From Saccostrea cucullata (Eukaryota): a DNA stretch of 64,000 bases. The DNA lies in NCBI RefSeq assembly GCF_032062105.1, contig NW_026931074.1, forward strand, positions 345,587 through 409,586, in the 5' to 3' direction. A program made the position numbers and the translations under genes. Of the stretch, positions 1 to 12,780 are shown piece after piece (positions within the stretch are counted from its first letter, which is position 1; each line of letters begins with the position of its first letter). Under the pieces are notes generated by a model. It did no database searches and had not been told where the DNA came from. It saw only the letters and a program-made list of their open reading frames with translations.

Positions 1-1084
1 AAAAGCTATAATACTAAGAACGTTCATAAGTTTAAAGTTTGAATTATAACTGTATGACAGAACCTAAGCTTGGCTTACCAGTGGAACTTGGAACAACTAT
101 TTTTTTAAACTTTCTAGTTCAATAAATTTAAAAAAAATTATCTCTTGCAACATTGATTCAAATCCTGAAATAAAAATTCAGAAATTAAAAAAGTAATATC
201 GTGTTTTTGGCTTCATTTGACAAAAGCTGAATTTGGAGAAAAACTCCGAAGTAATGAGAACAAATGATCATTTATAATGTATGAGTGTTGTATCCTATGA
301 AATTGCATAAGACTCTCATGTTAAGACACATCTTATATACTCTGTTACAAGTAAAGTCACTCAGTGGATCATGCATTATTGTAAAAATCTTTTCACAATT
401 CTCAATCTTTGTATACTCTAATATATCATTTTTCATGACTTAATTTTTTTTAGCTTTGTTATTTCTGAATTACGGTATAAAGATGCTAAATTGTTGTAAA
501 TTCTGAATATGCTATTAAAATGTCACTCTTGGAATATTAATTTACATATGTCAAGAAATTGACTTCTCTCTTAATATAAAATATAACTTGAAAAGGCCCA
601 GGGTCTATTATTGGATCATTTCATACCGGTAAATATTTTTTTTCACACATGTTATAATTGTTATATAAAAATAAACAAAAAGGTCCACTGTTAAGTGAAA
701 TCAAGCAGTACGTTCTTTAATAAAAGCAGATAACTTCTGTTGGGCTGAAGCTTATTATATTTTACAGGGATTATTATAATCCCCTAAATAGAAATACAAT
801 GGCTACTTCTGTCAAAATGTGGGGGTTTAAAGTACTTGTGGATTATATAAAACCTATAATACCCAGAGACTTCTATCTGAAATGGTTCCACTTCTTAGGG
901 GGCCAAATATGACCTCAATTCTCCATTTTAGTAGTAAAATCAATAAACTATTTGATTTTATGTTAAATACCCTAACAGCATAAATGTCCAGTAATTATTA
1001 CATCCTTTCTATCCATAATCAAATAGTAACAGAAGGTGACAGGTTGTTCTATCTAGATATTTAGTTGTTACACAAGTAGCTGCA

Positions 1085-1216
1085 GAACTGTAGCTCTTCA
1101 GAACAGAGCATACAGACAGACAGACAACCAGAGAAGAGGCAAAGAGGCAAATCTAGTAACAGATTGGTAGTGTGTCTGTCTGTATGTTCTGTTCTAAAGA
1201 ATTGTAGCTCTGTAGC
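1085..1216. repeat. Imperfect inverted repeat (hairpin) on (CAGA)n/(TCTG)n tracts; about 28-bp stem and about 44-nt loop
   Basis: Left arm 1098-1126 (tcagaacagagcatacagacagacagaca) is nearly the reverse complement of right arm 1171-1200 (tgtgtctgtctgtatgttctgttctaaaga). Outer ends share a direct gtagctct motif. Confidence 0.5.
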
Positions 1217-1812
1217 TATTACAGTATAGGTCCAAGATGTAGCATCACAGAATACCTGTTGTTCGAGTCGTCATTGATTCAGACCACATTGATCAAAAAA
1301 CCTTGTTATTGTTTCTTATGATGATTTCATATTTTATCAAGAAACCTCTGAGATACTGCATACAAGTATAAAAAAATTGTATAGCTGTTCCTTTGTTGAT
1401 GAAAGACGTGCTATAATACACGCAACCAGGAGATGTATCAAAGTCTTTGGTTTTTAAATTCTAAACAATTACTCAGTGACCACATTTCTTATGATGGTCA
1501 CTTTGCCTTTAATGGTTTTAAATTAATCCCTGCTCAGATTTACTGTTCTTTTATCGGTAACGCTACAGATTAAGGGCTAGAATATAGCTTTCTGACAATA
1601 GGCAGTAATTTTAGAATTTTTCAATTGGAAACCAGCACTTAGAAAATAGTCAACAATGTTGCCAATGACGTATCATTGAATGGCTTTTGAGTGACAATTT
1701 TTTTCCAACCAATTTGTCTTTGGAAATCATTTACGAGTTGTGGGATTGTAATTGTGGCTTGGCTTTTCTAGTTTTGATGGATTTTAAAAAAGCATGTAAT
1801 TGAGAAATAATT

Positions 1813-2259
1813 ATGGACTACTCAGGGAGATATAAGCGATATTCACGAACTGACTCAAAAGACAGTCGTAGTAAACTAAGTTCTAAAGATAGTGGCAATG
1901 CTTCACTACCTACCAAACCAGGCTCAATGGAAAGTTACAATACAGCATATACTAACGGCAGTCGAACCTCTCGCAAAGAAAGTGGGGAATTTAATGCAAC
2001 TTACAGAGGTAACGATTTAAACAGGAGACAGATAGAGAACAATAATGTGACCGGGCAGCAGAGACGGAGTGGTGAACTTAGTGACAAGCCGAGGGAGGCA
2101 AGAGATGTTTATCCTAACTATAGGCCCAGTAAAGGGGGTGGAGAATATAACAGCAAGCAAAGTGGAGAAAACGGCAGTGGTAAACGAGCAATGAAACCCA
2201 AAAATCAAGGAAAACAAACCAAAGAACCTGAATCAGAGAGGGGTAGGGTAACAGTATAA
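1813..2259 (+). CDS. Candidate coding exon(s): Ser/Arg/Lys/Gly-rich low-complexity polypeptide of unknown function
   Basis: 148-codon open frame is unusually long for this AT-rich context. A possible donor (acagag|gtaacg) lies near 2008. No recognisable domain. Could belong to an upstream part of SPEF1-like gene C or to an unrelated gene. Confidence 0.25.
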   Translation: MDYSGRYKRYSRTDSKDSRSKLSSKDSGNASLPTKPGSMESYNTAYTNGSRTSRKESGEFNATYRGNDLNRRQIENNNVTGQQRRSGELSDKPREARDVYPNYRPSKGGGEYNSKQSGENGSGKRAMKPKNQGKQTKEPESERGRVTV

Positions 2260-5184
2260 TTAAACGAATAAGTCACAAAGCACGAGTCAGAAAGCCTCAA
2301 TCTCAAAGTGGACTTCTTAATTGTACAAACAAATCAAACGTTAGTGGATTTCTGTCAAATAAAATCAGGGTCTTATCTGGCAGTTTGAGAATGTTTAATC
2401 TCATTTGGTTCATATGAATTCTTCCTCTACACCAGAGACCAATAAATGCTCACAATATACAGAAAGTCAAAAATTCAACTTTTTGGGAAATTTTTTGAAA
2501 GGCAGAGGAAAAATGACTATGAATGCTAAACATGGAAGCTCATATAATTATGAATTTTTGATACTTAATGTTGTTCCTCTGTTTGAGGGTTGAGGATATG
2601 GTAATATTCTCAGCAGAACTTATATAAGGACAACTGTCTGTCCTGTAAAACAAAGTGTCAGTCTCTAAAAATAAGAATGTAAAACGAAATCCTGAGTGTC
2701 AGTTGTAATCCATTATTTGTATGATATTGATCTGATGTGTCAGTGTTTAATGTTGTTAACGGTTTTTGCCACACTTATAATGAGACCAAAGGTTTAGCTG
2801 CAGTAACCCCTAGTTTCAGGTGCTGGGATTTGTACGGTAATTGTCTCTCTCCTGTTGGCTCTTCATTGATCGTACAATCCACTGGTATTCACATGTTGCT
2901 AGGTAAATCAGCATTGCCAACACTAGAAATCCTACATCTGTTATACTGTTTCTTTTTTAAGTGAAAAAAACTGAATGACTGTCAATTAAAATGATCTGAT
3001 GACTGTAGGCTATAGAGAAATTTCTTTTTGATAATTGGAAGTTTAAATTTCTCCGCTGAAGGCCATGCACTGATAAAGTGTCTAATATAAAGAAAACACA
3101 GTTTAAATTCCTTGATATTTAAGTCTGCTTAAATAAAGAAATTGACAATTCATTTTCAGAGAGTTACTTAAACAGAGAGTATCTGATTATCTTTATGATT
3201 AAAAAACTTTACCTAAATGTGAAGAGGGTTTGTTAGGCTTTAAATTTCTAAATGCACTTTAAAAGGTTCTAGTTGTGATATTCATAAATGTTGAAGTGAA
3301 AAGAATATGAAAAACTTTTCTTCTTTTGTATAAGAATTGTACAAAGGCTTCCTATAAGTGTTTGTTCATGAAAATGAAACTTTATTTATATAGACCTTAT
3401 ATTAAACAGCTCCTTGCTTAATATTCATTGACAACATAAACCCTTGTAAAATTATTCCTTTCCTTTGACTCTGTTTATTTTTGCTTTTTTTCACTTTGCT
3501 CTATTTCATATACCGGTAATATGAGGCATGTCTAAAAGTCTACATTCATGAAAGCGGCTCATAAGTGCTTAACTGCTTTATTGATTTCAAGTTCCTTGCA
3601 CTGCGCAGAAAACACTGAGCCACTTAACAAACAGTTTAAATTAATTCTGAAACTTTTAATGCATAATTTATCAAGTCTTCATTGAATGTTTTTACTGAAA
3701 ACAAATTGTTCAATAAGGTTATTAAATACAGAGTTAAAGTGCAGATATTTAATTTTAATTTTCCTCTTTCTTGCAGAGGCGTTAGTTCCAGTAAAAACAG
3801 GGAGGTCTTCACCGGGAAAACTGGCATCTCCCCGCAAACTAGGGAAGGGAGAAATCCCCCACAACCATCCAGACAGATCGTAAGTACAGACCCAATAATC
3901 CCAGGGTACAGCAATAAATCAGGGGAGGGGGATATACAATAGTTCAGAAGCTGAAGCAGGTCTATGACGAGTGTTCCCATGGAAGCTACATGACTGAGGT
4001 CAAGGTCAAGTGAATAAATGCGATATTTTCCACCCTAGTCACAGTAACCATTTTTCCTCTCAGTTTCCTTCACGGGAATGTCTGCAACATGAAAACAGTG
4101 TCAAACTTGGCTCTCTTTATGCTTCAGATAATTTCAAAATATCTTTGTTTTTTTTTAAAGAGAAATTAATAATGTAAGGGCCCTGGAACAAAGAATTCAG
4201 GTGCAGTCACAAACTATTTTTTTGTAAGTTAAAGCTTTTGGTCAGCTCTTTATGTTCTCTGAAATGTGTTGTTTTCTTGTGAAAAAAAGTATAAGATCAA
4301 AAGAGCAGAAAACATTATCACCTAATTAAAACATACAGTTTATACATGTGACAGAAAAGTGAACAGACCATTCTTCAAAGTATAAAATCTCAAAGAGAAA
4401 AATTCTAGGTATAAGGAATTTTTACTGGAGTAAATCTTATCTTTTATATATAATTCTCATTCATAATTTCTGAGCTAATTGTTCAAGGGATATAACTCTG
4501 TGTTATGTAAATTACATCAGGAAAAAGAAAGTGGAGCCAATACTTTGGTAAAATTCTGTAGTATTAATACGACACATATAAGATATATTTAGAGTTTTCC
4601 CTTCACAAATGCTTTTTTCTGCACACATTTTTTTTCAATAAAGTTCAATGATGTTAATAAGGATCAATATGTTACTTTTAATTACATTTATATACATGTA
4701 TATTAAAACATTTACTTGATTGCACACTTCTTAATGTTGTAAAGAAATTAATGAAAAAAAATTAAGCTGCTTATCATATGATTTGCTATTTAAAATAAGG
4801 TCTGTAAAAATAACAACTGTAAATTTAGGTAAAAAATAAGTGTTAATTTAAAAATTCTACCCGTGGAATCTTCTGTTTGTTTGATTGGATAATTTTCAGT
4901 TTTGAGTTTGATGCTGATATTTATCAAGAGACAGGTGAAATGCCTGAGGGCTACTTTTTTGTGTCACACTGAAATGGTTTCTGACTTGATCAGTAATTTA
5001 AGTGTCCTACCTAAATAATAGATTCAGTGTCTGTTTTAGCACTAGAACAGTGTGGTACCGGTACATGAAATTTAAATAAGTACTAGTAAATGTAATTACA
5101 AAAATCATTACCTGCGTAACTGGTTCATATTTATTATCAACAAAATAACCAATACGTAATTAAGGCTTTTATTAGCTTACCAGT

Positions 5185-5640
5185 GTGCTGAAAGCTCACT
5201 TGAGCTTTTTGATCAATGGGTGTCTGGCATCTGTCTATCTGTCTGCCAGTCCTCCTCACATTTTCAACTTTTTCCAAAAGAGAGGTCTTGTTTCAAGAAA
5301 TTTATACGAAAGCCCTACCTATTCAAAAGTTATGACCAAGGTTAAAGTTTTTAAAAAGTGGGTCCAACTCTTAGGTCAAGATCAAAAATATTTATAACAG
5401 GAAAGGTCTTTTCAAATGAATACACATGTGAAGTATGAAAGCCCCAGCTCCAACTGTTCAGAAGTTATGGCCAATGTTAAAGTCTCATATTTTTTGTAAA
5501 AGTAAATCAGACCCAAGGTCAAGAGGTTAAAATTGGTGGTACCAAAAGAAAGGTCATTCCCCAAGTAATACACCAGTGAAATATGAAAGCCATAGGAAAC
5601 TCAATACTTATGGGCTAGGTTTTTACAAAGACAGAGAGAC
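5185..5640. repeat. Copy of a dispersed repeat family (gtatgaaagcc..caactgttca.aagttatggccaa.gttaaagt..aaggtcaa..ggtaccaaaagaaaggtca)
   Basis: Related copies at 26800-27100, 27300-27496 and 30501-30650. The LTR retrotransposon at 27497-30500 sits inside one copy. 5419-5440 represents the uninterrupted (empty-site) version of the insertion point. Confidence 0.5.
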
Positions 5641-6238
5641 AAACAGATGAACAACAAACAAACCAGACAGGACAAAAACAATATACTCCCGGGATCTTTC
5701 AATTTCAGGGGCATAAAAATCTTTGAAAATCACAGAATAAGATGAAACTTAGCTAGAAGTTTTCTGAGGTATTGCAGTTTGTGAATTGTTCAGAACATGG
5801 TCCCTGAGGAGTAAGGTGGGGCCACAATAGAGAGGATTTTGTAGGGAAAACTCTTCTCAAGAACAGCATAGTCATGATAAATCATAACAGTTCTAATGGA
5901 AGCATCCTCTGATTATGAAGATTCATTTTTTTTAAATCATGACCAGTTTTAGAAGGTATGTAAGGGTGAGAGGGTGCACAAAAGGCAACCAAAATTTTAA
6001 CATAGGATCACATTTAATTTGGGAAAAAAGATTTGATGCTAAACAGTAGGGCCAAAGTGACTCATGTGGGTGTTGTGGCCCATGGGCCTCTTGTCATTTT
6101 ATAACTTTCTTTTTATTGCTCTATTCTCATCTGGCTCCTTATTTCTTTCCAAATCATTAGAACCAACTTATATGTATATACATGTATTACCACACCTAAC
6201 TATGAGATATACCTCTTTATTTAGGTACAAATTCTCTA

Positions 6239-7290
6239 CGAGGGGTTATCAAAATGTTTGTGGACTGAGCTATAGAATTAGTACTATATAGTCTGTGCTT
6301 TTAAAATTTATATGGAACATAAAACAACAAAAAATAAAGAAATGTTGAAAATTTTAGCCTGATACGTTCATTATTTGCTAAATTATTATAAAATATAAAC
6401 TACATTATATGGTCACCCGGCGCTGTCGTCGTTTTTTTTTATGACGTCCGATAACGTCATTGTTTTTTCAATGTGTTCTTCTACCCCATACACTTTTTTG
6501 ATGAGATTCCCTGGAGCTGAGTAAGGACTTAAACCTGCCTTGTTTATATGACTTTACAATGTCATGAACAGTGGCCTTCAATGAATATAATATTCCAAAT
6601 GGATTAATACATAGGGAGAGATCCGCGCTTGATTGTGCCGGCATATTTTGCTTTTGGGAGTTCAATACCTACAACACATGATCAACGTCATTTTTTGACG
6701 CGATTGATTTTTCACACCTTGACTGCAAATCGAAATAAACGGTGTATCCCTTTTCCATCTGAATCTATTGTGACATTAAAAGACAAGTACTCTGGATGCA
6801 TATTATTTCTCTGTAGCCATTTTCAAAATATTTTAGGTCTATACCATTTTTTTCAGGGGCAAAACTTTATAAAATGTTGGAAACGGAATCCCTCCCCCCT
6901 TTTTGACGTCATTTGTTTGGACATTCCGTGAAAATTTACGATAAAATTTCATAGAACATCCAGAATGAAGTGAAAATTTCATATTTTATTGAACAATTAT
7001 GTCCCTACACATACCTTAATTAACGGGATTTTTGGATGTCAAATGATTATTTCAAAAGAGTTTTTCTCAGTTCCACATAGATCGCAAAAACGTCATGTGC
7101 GAGGTAGCGCCGCCTGGACATACCATTGCTCACAAAAACATGACTAATTTATTAAAAAATAAAATCTATGATTTATGGTTTATTCTTTATAGAAAAGATG
7201 ATGCTAACTAGATATTTTAAAATTCATTGATGTGCCTAAAACGGTTTTAATTTTATGACGCTAGTCCACGAACTTTTTGATAACCCCTCG
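6239..7290. mobile_element. Non-autonomous DNA transposon (Tc1/mariner-like MITE, about 1.05 kb) with 16-bp TIRs and TA target duplication
   Basis: TIR cgaggggttatcaaaa at 6239-6254 is the reverse complement of ttttgataacccctcg at 7275-7290. TA dinucleotides flank both ends (6237-38, 7291-92). Interior is CpG-containing with recurrent tgacg/cgtca motifs, unlike the surrounding CpG-poor DNA. Confidence 0.45.
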
Positions 7291-9614
7291 TATATGTTAC
7301 TGGACTGATTATCACTGACAAAACTTTTGAATATGTGAATAACAATCAGTGATTAGAGTTACATAAACTGTTTCAGAATTACAGCAATAAGACTGAAATC
7401 ATATAGTCCTGGGAGATTTGACATAATGGAGTATCCAAGGTATATTTGTTTGGTGGAAAATGTGGGAGGGGCCGGGATTTAATATAAAAATATGCAGGTG
7501 TCTGGCCATATTGCTGCAGCAGCATCAAAAAGATAAAAACAACTTAATGCAAACATAATTGAAACCAGCACTGCTTTTGACAATAATTGTGCTAAGCAAT
7601 ATGGTGTGATTTTAGGGTAAGGTGAATTTTGAATGTTACCATGGTTACCATGCAGTGATGTAAGTTAATTATTTTGTGTGTTAATTGGCATGAGGGTGAC
7701 TGATGCTTATCAAATAATTGTACAGATTTAACAATCTTCACTCAACTATAAAACATGAAATGCATGGATATAATATATTATGTATATGTATTTGATCAAC
7801 ATAGTGAACATACCATGGGTTTCAATTGTGATGAATATTCTATAGAAATGTTATATAGTCTAGATTTCTTCTTTAGAGATCCTTTTTGTCCTTCAGAGAG
7901 ACCTTTTAATACCGGTAGTGCAAACAAATGGTTTTGAGAAATATGTATCTAAATAGTTCCATTCTTTGCCAGAGTTACTGCCCTTGCTTGATCCTTATAA
8001 ACTGAAAACTGGTCAATTCAAAGATTATTTATTAATAAAATAAAAACAAACCTTTTTTTTCATTTTTTCAGGAAAATAATTTTTGTCACGAAAAAATACC
8101 AAAACTGTTTCTGTATTTATTATTCACAAATTACTTTTCAGTTTTGGATAGCAATCTTTAAGATTTTCTTTAAAAAAAAAAATCAAAAATTAAAGCATTT
8201 ATTTATAAGTTTTATAAAACTATGTGGCTTAGCTTATATTAACCTTACATGCATTTTAAATGTTGTGTTGTGTATTTTAACATTTTTTGTAAAAGGACAT
8301 TTAATAGTTGAAAAAAAGTGAACCAAAATCATAAGTACTTAAGATTAGATTGATTCATCTAAGGCTCCGACATATATATGCTGCAGTTCATGTATACTAA
8401 AATTAAAGTAAGGTTCAGTAGAAGAAAATGATAACATTACTTTTAATTTAAAAATGTGAGTTTTTCTCTGAGATTTTGATATATTTACTCCATATTTTGA
8501 AGTATTGGTGTAAAATCAAAAAGAGGATTGGATGATATAGGGTAAGAAAACACCCGCCACCAATTAGTAGAATCATAGATCACTGTATTTAGTCAGACTG
8601 CAAATCACATCACTGGCTTATCTCCCCTTGATGTTTATATATATATATATAATCAGAATACAACTATAATATTCATTTGTTCAAAAAATATGCTTTGATA
8701 AAATATCAGTTTTTAATAGCAGGTGCTTTTAAGGAATTAGAGTTACTAAGTTACTTTATTTGTAACTGCATGACTGTATACATACTTAGTGACAAGAACT
8801 AATGGATTAGATTATTGCAAAAAAGTGCAATTCATATTTTTAATGCCTGTTTTTTGACAGACTTTATATTTTTTAAGATTTCAGTCTATCAGTCTGTACT
8901 TGTTAGCATTCTTTGGTGTCTGCCAATTCACACTGAGTCAGCTCCATCCACCAAGCCTTCTCAGTTGATGCATCTTGGGATGAAAGTATGTCACAACCTA
9001 AAAGTAGGTCACCATGACCTCATTTCAAAATTTAGTGACTGTGCAAGATCAAATTGTGTTCTTGCACCCTTAGATCTTGGAACGTCAAACTTAGTCAGCT
9101 AAAGCATCTTGGGTATTGTGTGTGATGCAACCCAGAAGAAGGTCACTTGGGGGGGGGAGGGGGCTTTCTTTTTAATGTGCCTTTACATATCAAATAGTGT
9201 CCTGATCATATCTTGCAATTTACTGTGATGCTTAGGACAACCAAACACTGACAGTTGATGCACCTTGTAGGAAAGGTGTAAAGCAATGCAGAAGTAGGTT
9301 ACCTTGGCCTTATTTTGTACATATTACTTAGTAATACATGTAAACCATGTGCAGAGCTTTATCTTACGCGAGGAATTTTATAGCTATAGATAGTCAGATA
9401 GTGTTTGGATGGGGATAACATGTACCTTAAGCTGTGTATTTCATTTTTTATCACAGAATATCTCACATTTTCATTTTTTTTGTTAGAACCCTAAGTTCAT
9501 TAATGGCTACAACAAATAGATATTATGAAATCCTAATTATCTATTTTTTCCAGTAAAAATAAAATGGACATTTTGCTATAGGATGAGTTTAAAATCAGTA
9601 TATATTCTTTTCAG

Positions 9615-9744
9615 TTCTTACCACTTTGAGGGTAAGGGATATTTTGATCCTTCGATCTACATCTACCCCACGTCAGACAATGTGCCCCGCAGTTATCTCG
9701 AGGAGAAGGAGATGGAATGCCTGGCTAAGGATGAAACAATTAGA
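9615..9744 (+). CDS. SPEF1: SPEF1-like gene C, penultimate exon (130 nt, phase 1 to 0); encodes ...NVPRSYLEEKEMECLAKDETIR
   Basis: Acceptor ttttcag at 9608-9614 and donor gtaagt at 9745. Same length and phase as exon 6 of genes A and B. Shares the motif VPR.L.EEK..ECLAKDETI(R/Q) with gene B exon 6. Confidence 0.55.
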
Positions 9745-11078
9745 GTAAGTAACAGATCATCACTGATACCCCAGTGTCTAAAGGCTGGGTAGATGTCGGA
9801 TGTTTGAGACATGTGCATTGTCTCAACAGTCCCGAGTCCACTCATATCTCAGATCTGTCCTATTTTATCAGATTATGCTTTACTCGCATTGGTCAATGAT
9901 TTAATAAGCCATGAAATTCTCGTTCTCTTATACAAACTCTGCCAGAATGGGAGAGGGTATCATACACTGTATGACTGTGGTGTGTATGAGACTTGTAGCT
10001 GATACATGTAATTGTTTAAAATATACTGTAGAAGTACTTTTTTTCCACATGGTAATGGTATTAATCTACGCTATGTATGCAGTCACAAATTTTCCGCAGA
10101 AATTTGTCCAAGCGTTCTTAACAAATGTAAGGCATAAAGTGACACTCTTTCTACCCGCGGATTTAACAAAAATTGAGATTCCGTGGAATTATGACCGGCC
10201 CGTGGAAAAAAGTATGTCTACAGTAATTTGGATCTGGTGTCTATGATGCAGTGTCACAGTAAAATTGCATAATATATTCCATGTCTACTGCAATTGAAAT
10301 GCAAGGTCAAGATTAAGTTGAGTAACTGGTAGGTATTCCTTGTATTACTTGTTAAATGCTGATAGCTAATTATTTTTACAACACTGTCTCATAATAATCA
10401 GCATTTATAGGGACCTACTACTGGTACATGTAGTTTCAAGACACTGGTACGGTAATTCACTAGAATTTATCTTAGATTTCAAACTGACTGCACATGCAAT
10501 AGATCTGTAGAGAATAACTAAATGTGTGTGATAATATTACAGAAGATGGGGTTTGTAGAATTGTTCTGCACTTATTTTGTAGATTTTAAATACTAAAGTG
10601 AAGAGATTAGAACAGCTAAACAGAATTAAAGAGGAAAGAATTACAGACATGAAATTCCAGCTTGTCAATGACTTTAAAATCATGCATTTTACCAACAGAA
10701 GACATTACCTTAAATAATTTAGTCTGATTGCACAACCTTAACCCATAATTATCTCCCTTTGATTTATTTATTTTATCTGCATATTTTTTTTTCTTTTGAT
10801 TTTTTTAATTCCAACTACTAGCAGTGACAATCACTTATATCCTTACTAATATACTGTATCCCAAATGAATGCATGAATTTTTTTTTTTTTTTTAGATTAT
10901 AAAAACAAAAAATTATTGAAGCTTATTTGGATTTTAATGCTCAGACAGATTGCAACAAAGAGAAAAAGAGAATTGCTTATCAACTGCTTCAGATTTCACA
11001 AGAAGGTGGGAGGGGATATATTTTTTTCATTTGAGAACAAAATCATTAATGAACTGAAGAATTTTCCGTTTTTTGTAG

Positions 11079-11213
11079 ATACTGAATTCCAAAATCAGGC
11101 GATTAGAACATCTTATACAGCTTAAAGATACGCGGATTCTTGAGCTCCAAGGACAATACTCTCGCGAGCAAAGACTGTATTATATGGCCGCTAGAAATAA
11201 CATCTTACGATAA
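11079..11213 (+). CDS. SPEF1: SPEF1-like gene C terminal exon, copy a (ILNSKIRRLEHLIQLKDTRILELQGQYSREQRLYYMAARNNILR*)
   Basis: Acceptor ttttgtag at 11071-11078. In phase 0 after the exon at 9615-9744. Coiled-coil motif RLEHLIQLKD.RI..LQ matches the terminal exon of gene B (60492-60608) and of gene A. Stop TAA at 11211-11213. Confidence 0.5.
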   Translation: MLNSKIRRLEHLIQLKDTRILELQGQYSREQRLYYMAARNNILR

Positions 11214-11412
11214 CCCCTCACACATTCCACTCTAACTCCCTCTAATTTCATTAACATCACTGGTTTTTATTTCAGTTTTACATTTTTTCCTCTGTATATC
11301 ATATCTTCTTTGTTTTGTTTAGTTTGTTCATTCTCAGACTTTAAATGCATATTCTGGAATCAGGGAAGCCTATTGCATGTTCACTTTTTTTTTCTCATGT
11401 CATATTTTGTAG

Positions 11413-11547
11413 ATGCTCAATTCAAAAATTCGAAGACTTGAACACCTCTTACAGTTAAAAGATACCAGAATGTCTGATCTACAAGGACAGTTAGCAAGAG
11501 AGCAGGGTTTGTACTACGTGACCAGCAGGAAGCACATTATTAAATAA
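11413..11547 (+). CDS. SPEF1: SPEF1-like gene C terminal exon, copy b (MLNSKIRRLEHLLQLKDTRMSDLQGQLAREQGLYYVTSRKHIIK*)
   Basis: Tandem duplicate of 11079-11213, 334 bp downstream, with its own acceptor (tattttgtag). Same length (135 nt) and same phase. Likely an alternative last exon or a decaying duplicate. Confidence 0.45.
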   Translation: MLNSKIRRLEHLLQLKDTRMSDLQGQLAREQGLYYVTSRKHIIK

Positions 11548-12780
11548 GATACTGCTCACCAGCATGAGCAGCATGATTCAAGCATGTAGTCAGATTGGAT
11601 TCGCAGCATGAAAACAGCATCTTGAAATATTTCATGAGACCATTCTCTCTTGCTTATGTCTTTGTATGTATTGTCTCATCATACATGTACATATTATAAG
11701 TAACCAATCACAAGTCCCCTAACAAATGGTGTGTGGGCGTCTCCTACTAACTTATAGTACAAGCATGATCAGTGGGGAAGGATTGTGCCGAATCGACTGT
11801 GATATTTTTCTGTGATAATTCAGATTATCAGTGTATATATTGCCATCGAGAGTTTGCAGTTGTGCTTATTTATTTTCTGTTTTTGTCATAGAAGTCATGT
11901 ATTAAAAATCATTTTCTTTTTCCCAAGACTATAATCAAGGTAGTCTAATCTTTTTTATGTATATAAAACTATTAGGGCAGGAATTAAGAACTGCCAGAAT
12001 TTTGTAATGATACCCAGCAGTAACCATCAATTTTAAGTCACATAGATTTTATGAGGTAAAAATATTTATTCACTTGATAACTACTGCTTAAGGGTTAAAT
12101 AGATATCCTATTTTCTGGATTTCTGGAAATATCCCCCCTCCCCCTCCTGAAATGTAAGAATTTAACCATATATATTTTTAAAACGAAATATTCCCCTCAT
12201 CCCACCTATTTTCCCCCTTTGACATTTTTGTTTCGTCAGATCCTAGAAGTATACATGCATACTTAACTATAGTATGTTTATATTTAGTTTATTTTTTTCA
12301 TTGGGAGAAGGAGGTAGGAAAGGGAAGATGCTAAAATGATAAGACTTGTGAATAATTTATCCATCTATACCTCAGTATAACAAAAGTTTTAACTAATACC
12401 AAGTAAGTTACGAAGTATTCCATGTTTGCCAAACTTTTGTACATAGAGGAACAGTGCCTAAATCTTATAACAGCTAGCGAATCTCTTTAACTGCCTTTGT
12501 TATATTCTCTAAGTACTAAATTTCCAATACCCAACAAATACTATGTGGACAGGGAATTTCTTTGTAAATATTTAATGTAATCCATTGTAGACAGCCATTT
12601 TGTTTGAACTCTCCAAGATTTGCTCACACCTTGTGTTCTCTCCCTTGTTTTGTCTGGCCTTTTGTTCAAGTTTTGTTTTAGTAGATTTTTTTAGAAATGT
12701 TACCTGCATGTTTTTATTAATTTTTACAGATTTTGTTATTATGCCCCCCTTCGAAGAAGGGAGGGCATATTGCTTTGCTG

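Noticed and set aside
10916-11125. ORF 10916-11125(+) overlapping the gene C terminal exon
   Set aside because: Wrong frame relative to the splice-phase-consistent exon beginning at 11079. The upstream part runs through an intron and a poly-T tract.
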